Notes: generated from the letters alone by a model not told the origin. Shown: positions 49,374-59,694, counted from the first letter of the stretch. The stretch: DNA of 64,000 nucleotides from Gemmatimonas sp. (GCA_031414535.1 JANNVQ010000014.1:192001-256000), one strand, 5' to 3'. Translations and numbers: made by a program.

Positions 49374-50303
49374 ATGCCGCTCTACTCGGCCTACGGCACA
49401 CGGCTCGAATCTGCCATCGAGTTTCCAGAGCTACCGCTCGCCAGCCGCGGACCGGCACGTTGGCGCTTCCGCATTGACGCCGAGCTTCCGGCAATGCGGG
49501 ATCCCGAAGAGCGCGGGTCGGAACTCATCCACGGCGACGTCTACGCGAGACTCTTCGCGCACCGCCGTGGCCTGCGTGTCTGCGTGGACGACACCGGCGA
49601 CTTCGATATCGCGCCCAACGGCAACATCGTCGCTACCACGCGCCCAGACGCGTGGGACGACTTCGTCCGGAATCATCTATTGGGCCGCGTCCTCGCCGTC
49701 GCGATGTTCGAAGCCGGCTGGCTACCGCTGCACGCGTCCGCCGTCGATACACCCGAGGGCGTCATCGCGCTCCTCGGACCCAACTCCGTAGGAAAATCTG
49801 CGCTCGCGATTGCACTCACTAATGCCGGCGCCACGCCAGTCGCTGACGATACGCTTCCCGTGGAATCGGGCACGCCACCCTGCGCTTGGCCGGGGTTACC
49901 CAACGTCCGCATTCGTGAAGACGTACGGGCTGCCCTAGACTTGCCCCGCAGCGGACTAGACACGCACGAAGGCAAGACCATCCTCGCGCCGGCGCCTAAT
50001 CACCATCCGAGCATGTCGCCTCGCCCGCTTGCTGGCATCTATTTGCTCGCGCCCAACGAGAACCTCGCGCGTAAAGCCGCCGTGGTGCGCACGCCCTTCG
50101 CACCCGTGCTCGCAGCACCGGCCATCGTTGCGCACGTTCGCGCCGGCGCGATGCTCGGCCGCGGCGCAGTCGCCACCATACTCCAGAGAGTGTCGCCAGT
50201 CGTGAGTATGGTGCCCGTGCACCAACTCTCGGTCTCCCGCGATCTGTCGCGGCTGGAGGACGCCGCCCGAGAGATCATGAGTTGGTACGCGGTCACCACC
50301 TAG
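49374..50303 (+). CDS. Second HPr-kinase-like lasso kinase (paralog of 42106..43041)
   Basis: LHASAV, GPNSVGKS, VADD; collinear similarity to the first kinase (VRTPFAPVL, VPV.QLS..RDL.RL). Confidence 0.83.
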   Translation: MPLYSAYGTRLESAIEFPELPLASRGPARWRFRIDAELPAMRDPEERGSELIHGDVYARLFAHRRGLRVCVDDTGDFDIAPNGNIVATTRPDAWDDFVRNHLLGRVLAVAMFEAGWLPLHASAVDTPEGVIALLGPNSVGKSALAIALTNAGATPVADDTLPVESGTPPCAWPGLPNVRIREDVRAALDLPRSGLDTHEGKTILAPAPNHHPSMSPRPLAGIYLLAPNENLARKAAVVRTPFAPVLAAPAIVAHVRAGAMLGRGAVATILQRVSPVVSMVPVHQLSVSRDLSRLEDAAREIMSWYAVTT

Positions 50304-50325
50304 TAGCCCTAGCACATTCATATAG

Positions 50326-50970
50326 ATGCCAGTCCCGCTTCTCGCCGCTCTCTCCGCCGCCGGATGGCTCACGGTCGGCACGCAGTTCATCCTCTCCATC
50401 CGGACCAGCCTTCTGAACGGCGGCTCGGCTTGGCACGGCATCGTGTCGTACTTCGGGTACTTCACCCTGCTCACCAACATCCTCTGTGCCGCCATCCTCA
50501 CGGCGCACGCCTTGGGTGGCAACAGCAGCCTTCAGCGGTTCCTGCGGCGGCCGGGCGTGACCACCACAGCCGCGACCTCCATCATCGTGGTCGGAGTGGT
50601 CTACCATCTCTTGCTCGCGGCACAGTGGAATCCCACGGGGATTGATCTCGTGGTGGACACCATGCTCCACACGGTGATGCCCATCCTCTTCGTGCTCGCG
50701 TGGACGCGTCTGGTACCGCGCGGCGCGGTTGCACTGGGCCACACACCGATGTGGAGCAGCTACATCTTGGCCTACGCGGTCTACATCCTCATCCGCGGCG
50801 CCATCATTGGCGTCTACCCGTATCCATTCATTGATGTCACCACCCTCGGCTACAGCATTGCCCTTCGCAATGCGGCCCTCTTGGGCGTAGCTTTTGTTGC
50901 GTTATCCGCTGGCATGGTCGGAGTGAATCGCGTGCTCGGCGCCCCCCGCAAAGAAACTTTGGAGAGCTGA
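50326..50970 (+). CDS. Pr6Pr/FAR-17a-like membrane protein
   Basis: YFTLLTN, VYHLLL, LH.VMP, YPYPFID. Confidence 0.8.
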   Translation: MPVPLLAALSAAGWLTVGTQFILSIRTSLLNGGSAWHGIVSYFGYFTLLTNILCAAILTAHALGGNSSLQRFLRRPGVTTTAATSIIVVGVVYHLLLAAQWNPTGIDLVVDTMLHTVMPILFVLAWTRLVPRGAVALGHTPMWSSYILAYAVYILIRGAIIGVYPYPFIDVTTLGYSIALRNAALLGVAFVALSAGMVGVNRVLGAPRKETLES

Positions 50971-52415
50971 TGTCGCTCGTCCCCGCAGCGTTGTTCCTGC
51001 AGGCTCAAACGGCCGCCGAGCGCCTCGCGGCGGCCCGCAATGGCCTCGACATTCCACTGGCCGAGCGCGCGATGGGACTCGTGGGCATCGCCGTCCTCAT
51101 CGGCATCGCGGTGCTGATCTCGTACGACCGCAAGAAGATTGACTGGCGCTTGGTGTTCACGGGATTCGGACTGCAAGCAGTGTTCGGCATCGTGGTGTTA
51201 AAGACGGAGATTGGGCGCACCGTCTTCCAGAAAATTGGCAATCTCATCACCTCGCTGCTCGGCTTTCAGGAGCAGGGCGCGCGTTTCGTCTTCGGCAACT
51301 TGGTGCAGTCCTCCGTACCGGTGACGAGCGCTGACGGCGTGCCAATCGAAGGCGTCTCGATGGTGGCCAACACCGGCGCGTACTTCGCCTTCAACGTGCT
51401 GCCCACCATCATCTTCTTCTCGGCGTTGATGTCGGTGCTGTACTACCTCGGCTTCATGCAGATGATTGTGAAGTCGCTGGCCTACGTGATGCAGAAGACG
51501 CTCAAGACCTCCGGTCCCGAGACGTTAAGTGCGTCCGGCAACATCTTCCTTGGCCAGACCGAAGCGCCCTTGCTCATCAAGCCCTTCGTCGGCTCAATGT
51601 CGCGCTCCGAGTTGAACACGGTGATGGTCGGCGGTTTCGCGACGGTCGCCGGCGGTGTGCTCGCCGCCTACGTCGGCATGCTGTCCGGCATGTTCCCAGG
51701 CATCGCCGCGCACTTGCTCGCCGCTAGCGTGATGAATGCGCCAGCTGGCCTCGCACTCTCGAAGATCATCCTGCCGGAGACTCCCGAGGCTCGCGCAAAG
51801 GCCACTGGCCTGCGCGAAGCAGAAGCGGCCATGAAGGCCGCCGAGCCGGTGCCGGCACGCAAGCGCCTCTTCCAGATCGGCGGGCACAGCGGCGAGAGCG
51901 GCATGATTGAAGCCGCCGCCAATGGCGCCGCACAGGGTGTGCAACTCGCCATCAACGTCGCCGCGATGCTGATGGCATTTGTCGCGCTCGTCGCGCTCAT
52001 CAACGCGATGCTCGGCTGGGGCGGCGGCGTGATTGGCGTGGAAGGCCTCTCACTGCAGAGCATCCTCGGCACGTTGCTACGTCCCCTCGCCTGGGTGATG
52101 GGTGTGCCGTGGCAGGACACCTCATATGTGGGTTCGCTGATTGGATTGAAGGCCACGCTGAACGAATTCGTGGCTTACGCGCAGTTCGGCGCGGACTTGG
52201 GTGCGGGCCAGGTGCTGGAGCCGCGTTCGGCGATCATCCTCACGTACGCGCTGTTAGGCTTCGCGAACTTCAGCTCGATTGCCATTCAGATCGGCGGCAT
52301 CGGTGGATTGGCGCCAGAGCGGCGTGGTGAAATTGCGCAGCTGGGCGTGCGCGCGATGATTGGCGGAAACTTGGCGGCGTTCATCTCGGCGTGTATTGCG
52401 GGGATGCTCGTGTAG
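50970..52415 (+). CDS. Concentrative nucleoside transporter (NupC/CNT family)
   Basis: FNVLPTIIFFS, NIFLGQTEAP, GFATVAGG, NEFVAY, GFANFSSIAIQIGG. Confidence 0.93.
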   Translation: MSLVPAALFLQAQTAAERLAAARNGLDIPLAERAMGLVGIAVLIGIAVLISYDRKKIDWRLVFTGFGLQAVFGIVVLKTEIGRTVFQKIGNLITSLLGFQEQGARFVFGNLVQSSVPVTSADGVPIEGVSMVANTGAYFAFNVLPTIIFFSALMSVLYYLGFMQMIVKSLAYVMQKTLKTSGPETLSASGNIFLGQTEAPLLIKPFVGSMSRSELNTVMVGGFATVAGGVLAAYVGMLSGMFPGIAAHLLAASVMNAPAGLALSKIILPETPEARAKATGLREAEAAMKAAEPVPARKRLFQIGGHSGESGMIEAAANGAAQGVQLAINVAAMLMAFVALVALINAMLGWGGGVIGVEGLSLQSILGTLLRPLAWVMGVPWQDTSYVGSLIGLKATLNEFVAYAQFGADLGAGQVLEPRSAIILTYALLGFANFSSIAIQIGGIGGLAPERRGEIAQLGVRAMIGGNLAAFISACIAGMLV

Positions 52416-52438
52416 GACGGATGACGGAAGACGGATGA
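52415..52438 (+). repeat. Heptamer tandem repeat GACGGA(T/A) x3
   Basis: GGACGGATGACGGAAGACGGATGA directly after the nupC-like stop; same unit as at 58350. Confidence 0.7.
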
Positions 52439-52446
52439 TGAAAGGC

Positions 52447-52489
52447 GCGCGGGGGACAGGCCAAGTGTCTGTCCCCCGTGCTATTTTTT
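52447..52489 (+). terminator. Rho-independent terminator after the nucleoside transporter
   Basis: GCGCGGGGGACAGGC/caagt/GTCTGTCCCCCGTGC stem followed by TATTTTTT. Confidence 0.82.
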
Positions 52490-52493
52490 GCCG

Positions 52494-55400
52494 ATGCCAG
52501 CCATTGGACCCGCGTTGACCCCTGCTGAAGCATCCCAACGTCTGCGCGAAATGGCGGAGCGCTGGGCTGCCAATATCGATGCCACCGAGCGCGGAGCGTT
52601 TCAGCCGTGGTTCATCGAACTGTGCGAGGCGCTCGGCGTACCCAAGCCTTCCCAGACCTCAGACTATCAGTTCGAGCTCCCCGTGCGCGTGGTGGACCGC
52701 GAGGGTGAACTCGCCACGAACTTCATTGATGCTTGGCACACGGGGCACTTTGCGATGGAAGCGAAAATGTCCGAGCCGGGGCGGCAGAACGATGCGCTGC
52801 TCCGCAAGGCATTCGGCCAGGTGCGCACCTACGTCTCGCACGTTCCCGGTACGCCGCCGCCGTATTTGATGGTGGTGGACGTGCCGCGCACGCTCATCGT
52901 CTGGGACAAGTGGTCGGGCAGCTACGGTGACTTCGGCGCAGGGCGCCGCATCGCCCTCAGCAGCCTGCACGAGCGTGCAGACGACATCGCGCTCTTGCAG
53001 GACATCTTCGCTCGGCCCGAGGCTCGCGACCCGCGCGGGAGGGCTCAGGCGGTGACGAAGGAGATTGCTTCGCGGCTCGCCGCGCTTTCCGCGGCGCTGG
53101 AAGGTCGTGGATTAGACCAGGAGCGCGTCGCGCGCTTCCTGATGCGCTGCGTGTTCTCCTGTTTTGCTGAAGATGTTGGACTTCTGCCTGAACAGTTGTT
53201 CCGCAAGACGCTTGAGGCCGCGCGCAGTTCCGGCGATGCCACACGCCTCAAGGCCGCGCTCGAGCTACTGTGGAAGACAATGGACGAGGGCGGAATGTTT
53301 GGCGCAGAGATGCTGCATCGGTTCAATGGACATTTTTTCAAGACGCGTGAGGCACTGCCGCTTGAGCCTGCCGATGTCGCGCTGCTGATCGAGGCTACGT
53401 CATATGATTGGTCTCGTGTAGAGCCGAGCATTTTTGGCACGCTGCTCGTGCGCGCGCTCGACCCAGCCGAGCGGCACAGGCTGGGCGCCGAGTACACGCC
53501 GCGCGAGTACATCGAGCGACTCGTTGAGCCAACTGTGGTGGAGCCCATCCGCGAGCGCTGGGTGGCGGTGCAGGCCAGCGTCGTGCAACTCGAGGAGAGC
53601 GGCAAGAAGAAGGACACTGAGGCCGCCGTGAAGGCGCTGCTCGAGTTTCGCGGCTGGATGCGGACGCTGCGCTTTCTCGACCCCGCCTGTGGCAGCGGCA
53701 ACTTTTTGTATGTGACGATGGCGGCGGTGAAGCGCATCGAGCACGAAGTGTTGAACGAGTTGCAGCGCTTGAGTGGGGGCCAGGGTGGACTCGTGCTCGA
53801 CGAGGTGCATCCGCGGCAGTTCTTCGGCATCGAGATTAAGCCTTGGGCGCGCGAGATTGCTGAGCTCACGCTGTGGATCGGGTATCACCAGTTCTGGCGC
53901 GAGACGCACGGCGGGCGCACGCCACCGGATCCGATTCTTGAGGATACCGGCACGATTGAGTGCCGGGATGCGATTCTCGCGTATGATGAGATTGTGCATC
54001 GGCCGGAGAAGGACCGGCCGGATCCGACGCCGCGGATTGTGCATCCGGTGACGGGAGAGTTGGTGCCGGATCCTTCGGCGAAGTTGCCGTACTATGAGTA
54101 TGTGAATGCGCGGCCGGCGGAGTGGCCCGAGGCGGATTTTATTGTGGGGAATCCGCCGTACTTGGGGTCCTAGCGGATGCGGGGCGCCTTAGGCGACGGG
54201 TACGTTGAGTCACTGCGCTCGGCTTGGTCGCCGCTGCCTGCTGCTCTCGATCTCGTCTCTTACTGGTGGCATCGGGCCGCGTCTTGTGTGGCGGCGGGCA
54301 GGACTATTCGTGCGGGACTCATCACAACGAACTCGATTACCCAAGGGCATAATCGAACGGTCATTGCCAGTGCTCGCAAGGATGGTGCGGGAGTTGTTTG
54401 GGCGGCAAAGAATCATCCATGGTCAGACGCTGCCGACTCCGCCGCGGTCGCAGTGAGCATGACTGTCGTTTCGAAAGAGAATTTGCCTCCGCGGCTTGTT
54501 TTTGTCAGTGATACCACAAGCACACCTGTTTCGAGAGTTGTCACGCATGTCAATGACGACCTGACGGCAGGAGCAGACGTGGCGGCGGCTGTTCGTGTGC
54601 GGCTACGCTCCAATGAAGGACTCACGGCTTTTGGGTTCGCCCTCCACGGCGATGGATTCTTGCTGCGTAGAGATGAGGCCGATCTGCTGCTTGCTCGCTC
54701 GGCGCAAGAAAGAGCGGTTGTAAAGCCTTACCGAGGCGGCCGCGACCTTACAGATCGCGCTCGAGACCTCTTCGTAATCGACTTTGGTTACATGACTGAG
54801 GACGAGGCACGGCGCTTCCCGCTCGCATTCCAGCGCGTCGCGGACCTTGTCAAGCCGGAGCGAGATGCGAACGCGCGCCAGTCCATCCGGGAGTTCTGGT
54901 GGAGGTTTGGGTGGCCACGTCGTGAACTTCGAGACGCACTACTGGGCATCAGCACTTACATCGCAACTACCGAGACCGCGAAGCACCGAACGTTCTCCAT
55001 GATCGATGCAGCCGTCGCACCGGATCATATGGTGGTTTCGATTGCGACCGACAGCCACTTCGTTCTGGGAATCCTGTCGTCCGAAGCTCACCGCACTTGG
55101 TCGTTGGCCGTAGGCGGCACGCTCGAGGATCGTCCACGCTACAACAAGTCCCTCTGCTTCGACCCCTTCCCATTCCCCGACCCCGCTCCGGCCCTCCGCA
55201 CCAAGATCGCCGAAGTAGCCAATCACCTCGACACCCACCGAAAAGCCGCCCTCGCCCGCGACGAACGCGTCACGATGACCGGCATGTACAACGTCGTCGA
55301 GAAACTCCGTAGCGACGAAGCGCTCACGACTAAAGAACGCGCCATCCACGAGATCGCCGCCTGCGGCATCCTCCGCGATCTCCACGACGAGCTCGACAAG

Positions 55401-55871
55401 CTCGTCGCCGAGGCCTACGGCTGGCCCTGGCCCATGGAGCGCGAAGAGATCCTCGAGCGCCTCGTCGCCCTTCACGACGAACGAGTCGAAGAAGAAAAGC
55501 GCGGCATCATCCGCTGGCTTCGCCCCGAATATCAGATTCCGCGCTTCGCGCCTGAGCAGGCCGAGGCCATCCTCGCGCTCGACGAGTCGGAGAAGCCCGC
55601 CAAGAAGCGCAGCAAGAAGTCGAAGGCCGCGGATTCTTCGGATGAAGCGCCAAAGCCGACCGCCACGCCCTGGCCGGCCACCGCTGTTGAGCAGATTTCC
55701 GCGATCAGTGCCCTCATCGCGCAGCAGTCACGCTCGGCGGCCGAGGTCGCGGCGGCGTTCGCAGGGGCACGGACTGAGCTCGTGACGCGACACCTCGACA
55801 CGCTGGCGCTCATGGGCGAGGTCACCCTTGGACCCGACGCGCGGTATCAGGCCTCGAGAAAGGCCGCGTAG
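52494..55871 (+). pseudogene. MmeI-like type IIL/IIG fused restriction-modification enzyme interrupted by one in-frame TAG (54171-54173)
   Basis: N-terminal D...EAK nuclease motif, FNGHFF, IFGTL, YTPR, LDPACGSGNFL, then GNPPYLGS*RMRGALGDGY continuing in frame into GLITTNSI, TRD and FDPFPFP...LDKLVAEAYGW. Confidence 0.85.
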
Positions 55872-55877
55872 GCGCAG

Positions 55878-55990
55878 TTTGTCGATATTTTGTCGATAAA
55901 ATCTTGATTTGTCGATAAATCAGCAACGCAGGCAAATAGTTAATATTATAATGTCTATTGACATATATTATATTATCTAATAGATAGTAC
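55878..55990 (+). promoter_or_regulatory. AT-rich promoter/operator region with direct and inverted repeats
   Basis: TTTGTCGATA x3 (55878, 55889, 55908); TTGACA at 55958; near-palindromes ATGTCTATTGACAT and TATCTAATAGATA. Confidence 0.6.
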
Positions 55991-56019
55991 TGTACTGCTC
56001 GATCAAAGGCACCGCTGGA

Positions 56020-56604
56020 ATGCTCAATAGCAACGACATCGGACGCGCCCTCGGCGCCGTTGGAGAACTCCTCGAAGCCAACGATGCCCGCTTCAGCATC
56101 GTGGTCATCGGAGGAGCCGCGCTCAACCTGCTCGGCATCGTCGAGCGCACGACACGAGACGTCGACATCGTTGCGGTCACCCGCGAACCCGGCGAGCTGG
56201 CCGTGCTTGCCCGCCCGCCCGAACCATTGCCGCCGGCACTCGAGCGCGCCATCGCGCAGGTCGCCGAAGACTTCGCGCTGCCGGAGCACTGGCTGAATCG
56301 CGGCCCAGCCGGACAGTGGGATATTGGGCTCCCGCCCGGCTTCGCGGAGCGGGTGCAATGGCGGCGCTATTTCGCGCTCGACGTAGGCATCTGCGCGCGC
56401 ATCGACCTCATCTTCTTCAAGCTCGAAGCTGCGGCCGATCAACCGGATTCCAACAACCGGCATTTCCGCGATCTCGTCGCGCTCGCCCCGAGCGACGAAG
56501 AGCTCGCACAGGCGGAAGACTGGGTCCTGTCAAAGAATGCAGGCCCAGATTATCACGAAATCCTTGACCGAGTGATTGACCATGTCACACGCAATCGTCA
56601 GTAG
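56020..56604 (+). CDS. Nucleotidyltransferase (DUF6036/AbiEii-like putative toxin)
   Basis: IVVIGGAAL...RTTRDVDI (GG-x-DxD), WLN, K...D motifs. Confidence 0.75.
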   Translation: MLNSNDIGRALGAVGELLEANDARFSIVVIGGAALNLLGIVERTTRDVDIVAVTREPGELAVLARPPEPLPPALERAIAQVAEDFALPEHWLNRGPAGQWDIGLPPGFAERVQWRRYFALDVGICARIDLIFFKLEAAADQPDSNNRHFRDLVALAPSDEELAQAEDWVLSKNAGPDYHEILDRVIDHVTRNRQ

Positions 56605-57511
56605 ATCGCTGTCTGAGCTACGCGACGTCGCTGTCGACGTGCTCTGGCGCCAGTGGCAGGCCGTGGGCGGATCTGCGGCCTCACGAGAGGATTGGCACTC
56701 GATCGTCGACCCAGAATCAATCGTGCTCGCCACATTGTTCCTCGCACCGCGTGAGCCACGGCTGACCGACATCCTATTCAGCTGGGTGAATCTGCACGCC
56801 CCCCTCCTGAGCGCGCAGCGACTCAAGAACCTACAGCGGGATTATCCGCCGGAAGTCGCCGAGCGCGTGGCGACGTTTGTTGCACAGGCTCGCACGCTAC
56901 AGAAGAATCCGCGTTGGCGCTCAATGTCTCCGCTTCAGCGCGTGCACGAGACGCGTCCCGAACCTGCCGTGCGTCGCGCGGCGGCAGAGATTCCGCACGG
57001 CAATGCGACGCTGATGCTCCGTCTGCGCACGGCACTCGGCGTGGGAGTGAAGGCAGATGTGCTCGCCGTGCTGCTGGGATGCGCGCGCCCACATACCGTC
57101 GCGGAACTCGCCGAGACGCTGGGTTACACCAAGGTCGGCGTTCGTGCCGCAGTCGAGGATCTGGACCGTGCGGCCTTCATCTTTAGTAATGAAGGGAGGC
57201 CTACCGCTTACTCGGCACCAAGCGACGCTTGGCAGACTCTGCTGCAATTCGATCGCCGCGTGGACTGGGCGCCGTGGCATCATTGGTATGCCTTGGTAGT
57301 CGACCTGGCAGTTTGGTACGGCAACGCCGAAAGAAAGAACATCAGTGACTACGCGCTCGATGTCGGGCTTCGCGACTGCCTGAAGAAACACCCGGCGTTC
57401 TTCGAGTTGACCTCACACGAACAGATTCGACTGGCACCACGTCCGGCTGTTGGATCTTGGGAGGCAACCATTACGTCCATCGTTGATTGGGCGAGACGTC
57501 ATTCGCAATAG
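56582..57511 (+). CDS. Hypothetical protein with winged-HTH (putative antitoxin/regulator)
   Basis: WRQW N-domain, LRLR..LGVGVKADV, TVAELAETLGYTK...DL helix-turn-helix; overlaps the upstream gene. Confidence 0.6.
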   Translation: MSHAIVSRSLSELRDVAVDVLWRQWQAVGGSAASREDWHSIVDPESIVLATLFLAPREPRLTDILFSWVNLHAPLLSAQRLKNLQRDYPPEVAERVATFVAQARTLQKNPRWRSMSPLQRVHETRPEPAVRRAAAEIPHGNATLMLRLRTALGVGVKADVLAVLLGCARPHTVAELAETLGYTKVGVRAAVEDLDRAAFIFSNEGRPTAYSAPSDAWQTLLQFDRRVDWAPWHHWYALVVDLAVWYGNAERKNISDYALDVGLRDCLKKHPAFFELTSHEQIRLAPRPAVGSWEATITSIVDWARRHSQ

Positions 57512-57637
57512 TGTCCGACGTCACATACTCGAGTCGCTAGCCTCTTGTCATGCAGATGTAATCCTCGCGTAATGGAACAGTCGAACCAGCCTAATCTCTC
57601 CCGTGTACCCTCTCTCAAGACCCACACGGAGAGGGAA

Positions 57638-58348
57638 ATGTTCTCGACACTGATTGCGTCAGGAGCTACCCGCACCACGGAAGAGCGCGGCACCGTACCC
57701 AGCGTGCTACTGCACCTCGGCGTCATCGTTGCGATGATTGTGGCCACACAGGCCACCGACCCGTCGCTTGATGCGCCGCGCGAAACCCGCGTCGTGCCAC
57801 TGTTCGCGCCAAGCAATCCCTCAGCCCAGCCCGCAGCACCGTCGCGTCCGCGCCCCGCACCGAGGACGCCAACCGCGGCACCGCAGGTGCCAGCCATTCC
57901 CACCGAAGCGCCCGCCGTACCAGTAGAAGTGCCCACGGGCATTCCGACTTCCGCAGCGGCCACACCCATGAGCGGCGAAGGCACGGTTGATCCGAACGCG
58001 CTGCCGAGCACTAACGCCGGCACGCCAATAGGCTCGCCGATCGGCAACGGCGTGCTCGACGCCGACGGCGTAGACGTCCCGGCGCGATTGCTGCCGAACT
58101 CGCCACTGCCGCGCTATCCGGACTTCCTGCGTCAGTCGCGCTTGGAGGGCGGCGTGCGCGTGCGCTTCATCGTGAACGAGAACGGCCGCGCGGAACTCGC
58201 GTCACTCGTAATACTCGAGAGCACGCACCCGGCTTTCGTAGAAAGCGTACGCGCCGTGCTCGGGCGCTTGCGGTTCACGCCCGCACGTGTGGGCCGCGAA
58301 CGCGTGCGGCAGATGGTGGAGATTCCGTTCGGGTTTGAGCTTCGATAA
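57638..58348 (+). CDS. tonB: Energy transducer TonB
   Basis: TM anchor S..LH, Pro-rich linker, C-terminal YP...EG.V.V.F.V...G...FTPA domain; GGAGAGG RBS. Confidence 0.85.
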   Translation: MFSTLIASGATRTTEERGTVPSVLLHLGVIVAMIVATQATDPSLDAPRETRVVPLFAPSNPSAQPAAPSRPRPAPRTPTAAPQVPAIPTEAPAVPVEVPTGIPTSAAATPMSGEGTVDPNALPSTNAGTPIGSPIGNGVLDADGVDVPARLLPNSPLPRYPDFLRQSRLEGGVRVRFIVNENGRAELASLVILESTHPAFVESVRAVLGRLRFTPARVGRERVRQMVEIPFGFELR

Positions 58349-58349
58349 A

Positions 58350-58452
58350 GGACGGAAGACGGATGACGGATGCTACGAGCAACGACAACGGCGGCACGAT
58401 CTTCGAGATCGCGCCGCCGTTGCACTTTGCATCCGTCATCCGTCTCCCGTCC
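58350..58452. repeat. Nested palindromic element: heptamer-repeat arms around an inner hairpin, between convergent genes
   Basis: GGACGGAAGACGGATGACGGATGC (58350-58373) pairs with GCATCCGTCATCCGTCTCCCGTCC (58429-58452); inner stem 58386-58422. Confidence 0.8.
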
Positions 58453-58455
58453 AGT

Positions 58456-59694
58456 TTACTTATTCGCAGCGTGGAATTCAGCTCTGAGCCGATCCATGAG
58501 AGCGCCACGCTTATCGTATAGCCTCTTAAGCTTCCGCGGCTTCTTCTTGCCCAGCGCATAGCTCGTCAACACCGGCAGCGCGATGGTTGTATCCAGATAG
58601 CACACCACCGCATCCGGCAGCTTGTCTGGGTCAATCTTGCCCCAGCTCACGGCCTCGGCCGGCGTCGCGCCGCTGAGTCCGCCCGTATCCGGACGCGCGT
58701 CTGTCACCTGCAGGAAGTAGTCGTGCCCACGCTCATCAATGCCGAGCACTTCCTGAATCTGCGGTTCGGTCTGCAGCGCGAAGTTCTTCGGTGAGCCGCC
58801 ACCCATGATGCAGATGGCGCTCTCGCCGTTCCGCTTGGCGTTGAGCACAATGCTCGCCGTTTCGTTCACATCTTGGTTGGGATCGATGACACAGGTGCCA
58901 CCTTCGAGCGCAAGCGCCGCCACGTTCATGCCGATGCTCGAGTCACCGGGGCTCGACGTATAAATCGGCACGCCGCAGCGATACGCCGCCGCGAGCAAGG
59001 ACTTCTGCGGAATACCCAGCGCCTTCTCGCGCTCCACTAAGTACTTCCCACAGAGGTAATGGAACTCGGCGCTCGACATCGACTTCTGGAATTCCGGCGC
59101 GCGAATCACCTTGCGGAAAAACGCGTCAGTGGAGAGCAGTACGTCGTAGTCGAAGAACACATCATAGATGCGCACCACGCCTTCTTCGCGCAGCACGGTG
59201 TCCGACGTGGTCGGATCTCCTCGATGCATCGAGAGCCCGAGCCCGAAGTGCGTGTCGTGATAGAGATTCGCACCAGTGGAGATAATCCAGTCCACGAAGC
59301 CCGCTTCGATGAGCGGAATGATGGAGCTCATGCCCAAGCCAGCAGGCGTCAGCGCGCCGGTGAGCGTGAGCCCCACGGTGCACTTGGGCGTCAGCATCTT
59401 GTCGGTAAAGAGCTGGCAGGCTTCGCGCAGGCGACCAGAGTTGTAGCTCTGGAAGCACTGCTCCACGAGCTGCACCACCGTCTCGGTGCCATCAATCTTG
59501 CGCGGAGCAATCTTGCGACCGCGCAGGAATGGGCTCGCCGCCTTGGTCATCACCTTGGCACTCTTGGACTCGCGCTTCTCGGCGGCCCTTTTCTGCTCAG
59601 CTTTGTTGCCGGACGCAGAAGCGCGCTTCGCCTTCCCATCGCCGTGACGCGATGCCTTGAATCCACCGCGCTTGCTCTCTTCAGCCTTCGCCAT
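58456..59694 (-). CDS. Deoxyhypusine synthase-like protein (bacterial, probably homospermidine pathway)
   Basis: [46 protein letters not shown]. Confidence 0.9.
   Translation of the reverse strand: MAKAEESKRGGFKASRHGDGKAKRASASGNKAEQKRAAEKRESKSAKVMTKAASPFLRGRKIAPRKIDGTETVVQLVEQCFQSYNSGRLREACQLFTDKMLTPKCTVGLTLTGALTPAGLGMSSIIPLIEAGFVDWIISTGANLYHDTHFGLGLSMHRGDPTTSDTVLREEGVVRIYDVFFDYDVLLSTDAFFRKVIRAPEFQKSMSSAEFHYLCGKYLVEREKALGIPQKSLLAAAYRCGVPIYTSSPGDSSIGMNVAALALEGGTCVIDPNQDVNETASIVLNAKRNGESAICIMGGGSPKNFALQTEPQIQEVLGIDERGHDYFLQVTDARPDTGGLSGATPAEAVSWGKIDPDKLPDAVVCYLDTTIALPVLTSYALGKKKPRKLKRLYDKRGALMDRLRAEFHAANK

Noticed and set aside
54171..54173. Genome-wide TAG recoding (pyrrolysine or alternative code)
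   Set aside because: Several intact genes here end in TAG at the expected family C-terminus (e.g. 18126, 24741, 52415); no pyl genes are visible.
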